Origin: Candidatus Saccharimonadota bacterium
Lineage (GTDB): Bacteria > Patescibacteriota > Gracilibacteria > BD1-5 > UBA6164
Direction: 5' to 3'
Assembly (NCBI GenBank): GCA_965227835.1
Contig: OZ245768.1
Location: 900,001 to 932,000 of the forward strand
DNA: 32,000 bases
The notes beneath the pieces are model-generated. The model searched no databases and was not told the origin of the DNA. It was given only the letters and a program-made list of their open reading frames with translations. This document shows positions 31,260-32,000 of the stretch, piece by piece (the first letter of the stretch is position 1; the number at the start of each line of letters is the position of its first letter). The position numbers and the translations under genes were made by a program.

Positions 31260-31679
31260 ATGGTAGATAAAAATAACATTCTTGAAGAAAAATTAACACC
31301 TAAAGATAGACTAAGAATTATTCTAACTCCTGAAGATTTCAAGGACTATGAAAGAATGGTTGAAGAATCTTACGGTAAAATATCTTGGGAGAAATTGGAA
31401 GAATATAGTGAATTTGATGAAAATCAAAACTTGAAAGGTATATATTGGAAGGGGAATTTAGATTTAAGTTGAACTTCTATAACAAGCTTAGGGAAATTAA
31501 AATATGTTTGAGGATATTTAGATTTAAAATGGACACCTATAACCGATTTAGAATATTTAGAGAAAATTTGAGGATATTTAGACCTAGAATCAACTTACAT
31601 AAAAGATTTATGAGAATTAAAAGAAGTTTGGGGAAGTTTAAATTTAGCTTGAACTAAAGGGACCTCTGCAAAAAGATAG
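31260..31679 (+). pseudogene. LRR-like family paralogue 8, truncated (139 aa; N-module plus about 3 units, no C-module)
   Basis: The repeat pattern breaks at about 31659 (..SLNLAGTK/GTSAKR-TAG), immediately before the IS5-type element. Confidence 0.6.
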
Positions 31680-32000
31680 ATTTAAATTACAAAAATATAA
31701 TAAAAAGATTAAAATATGATAAATATTTTAATTTTTTTTTAATGATTATGTCACCATTTAAAGAACAACAAACATTTTTGAATTATTTCCAAAATGAGTT
31801 ATGAATTACAAGAACAGAAAAGTTTCTAACAAAATTAGATAAAGTAGTCCCATGGGAATCAATATCAAATAAAATTAATTTATCTAGAGAAATATCAGAT
31901 TGATGAGTTTGAAGACCAAGAATGGAAATACAAAAAATGTTAAAAATACTATTTCTTCAATGACTATATGGATTATCAGATCCGGAAATAGAAGATCAAA
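31659..32000 (+). mobile_element. IS5/IS1182-type insertion sequence, left part (continues off the window)
   Basis: The candidate terminal sequence GGGACCTCTGCAAAAAG starts where the LRR reading pattern is lost. The transposase gene starts 83 bp later. Confidence 0.45.
31742..32000 (+). CDS. IS5/IS1182-family transposase, N-terminal DUF772-like part (partial)
   Basis: ..GGVGRPRMEIQKMLKILFLQGLYGLSDPEIEDQ.. matches the InsH-type N-terminal block (GRP...LLQ.LY.LSD). It has in-frame TGA = Gly. Confidence 0.75.

Noticed and set aside
1-32000. Translation table 4 (TGA = Trp, Mycoplasma-like) as the explanation for in-frame TGA
   Set aside because: TGA aligns with invariant Gly in the P-loop, Walker A, CFGCG, Ogt GGY and NPPY-flanking positions. 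Trp there would be incompatible with these motifs. The few TGG/TGA alternations in the LRR units are single-transition variants.

Overview
Very AT-rich bacterial DNA that only makes sense under translation table 25 (TGA = Gly), so it comes from an Absconditabacteria (SR1) or Gracilibacteria-type CPR genome. The supplied standard-code ORF track therefore fragments almost every gene. Reading TGA as Gly restores textbook motifs: GFLGAGKTT P-loop, GLNGAGKS Walker A, CFGCG primase zinc finger, PCHRIIGSSGGLGGY of Ogt, and GNPPY. Re-annotated content, left to right: (1) 1-2527, a low-complexity gene plus three tandem cassettes for small secreted Cys-containing proteins. (2) 2569-5806, a CHC2 zinc-finger protein, Ogt and a membrane-anchored protein. 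(3) 6009-15336 (minus), a four-gene restriction/defence-like operon: PLD-nuclease/SF2-helicase fusion, AlbA_2 (Schlafen-like)/HATPase_c_4-like protein, a 1153-aa type IIG REase-MTase, and a small membrane protein. (4) 15444-21130 (minus), a zinc-starvation operon: zur, two COG0523 GTPases, znuA, znuC, znuB. (5) 21346-21744, a TGA-free, GC-richer orphan gene. (6) 21972-31679, eight tandem paralogues of a three-module protein: a conserved acidic N-module, a variable number of 20-aa/60-bp LRR-like repeats with two TGA-Gly codons each, and a coiled-coil-like C-module. This array is mosaic, contains an in-frame two-gene fusion, and is punctuated by two apparently identical IS200-type elements and an IS5/IS1182-type element. 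The most interesting candidates are the LRR-like array and the defence-like operon. All family calls come from motif recognition by eye and no database search was possible. CDS coordinates include the stop codon, and every proposed start-to-stop length was checked to be a multiple of three.
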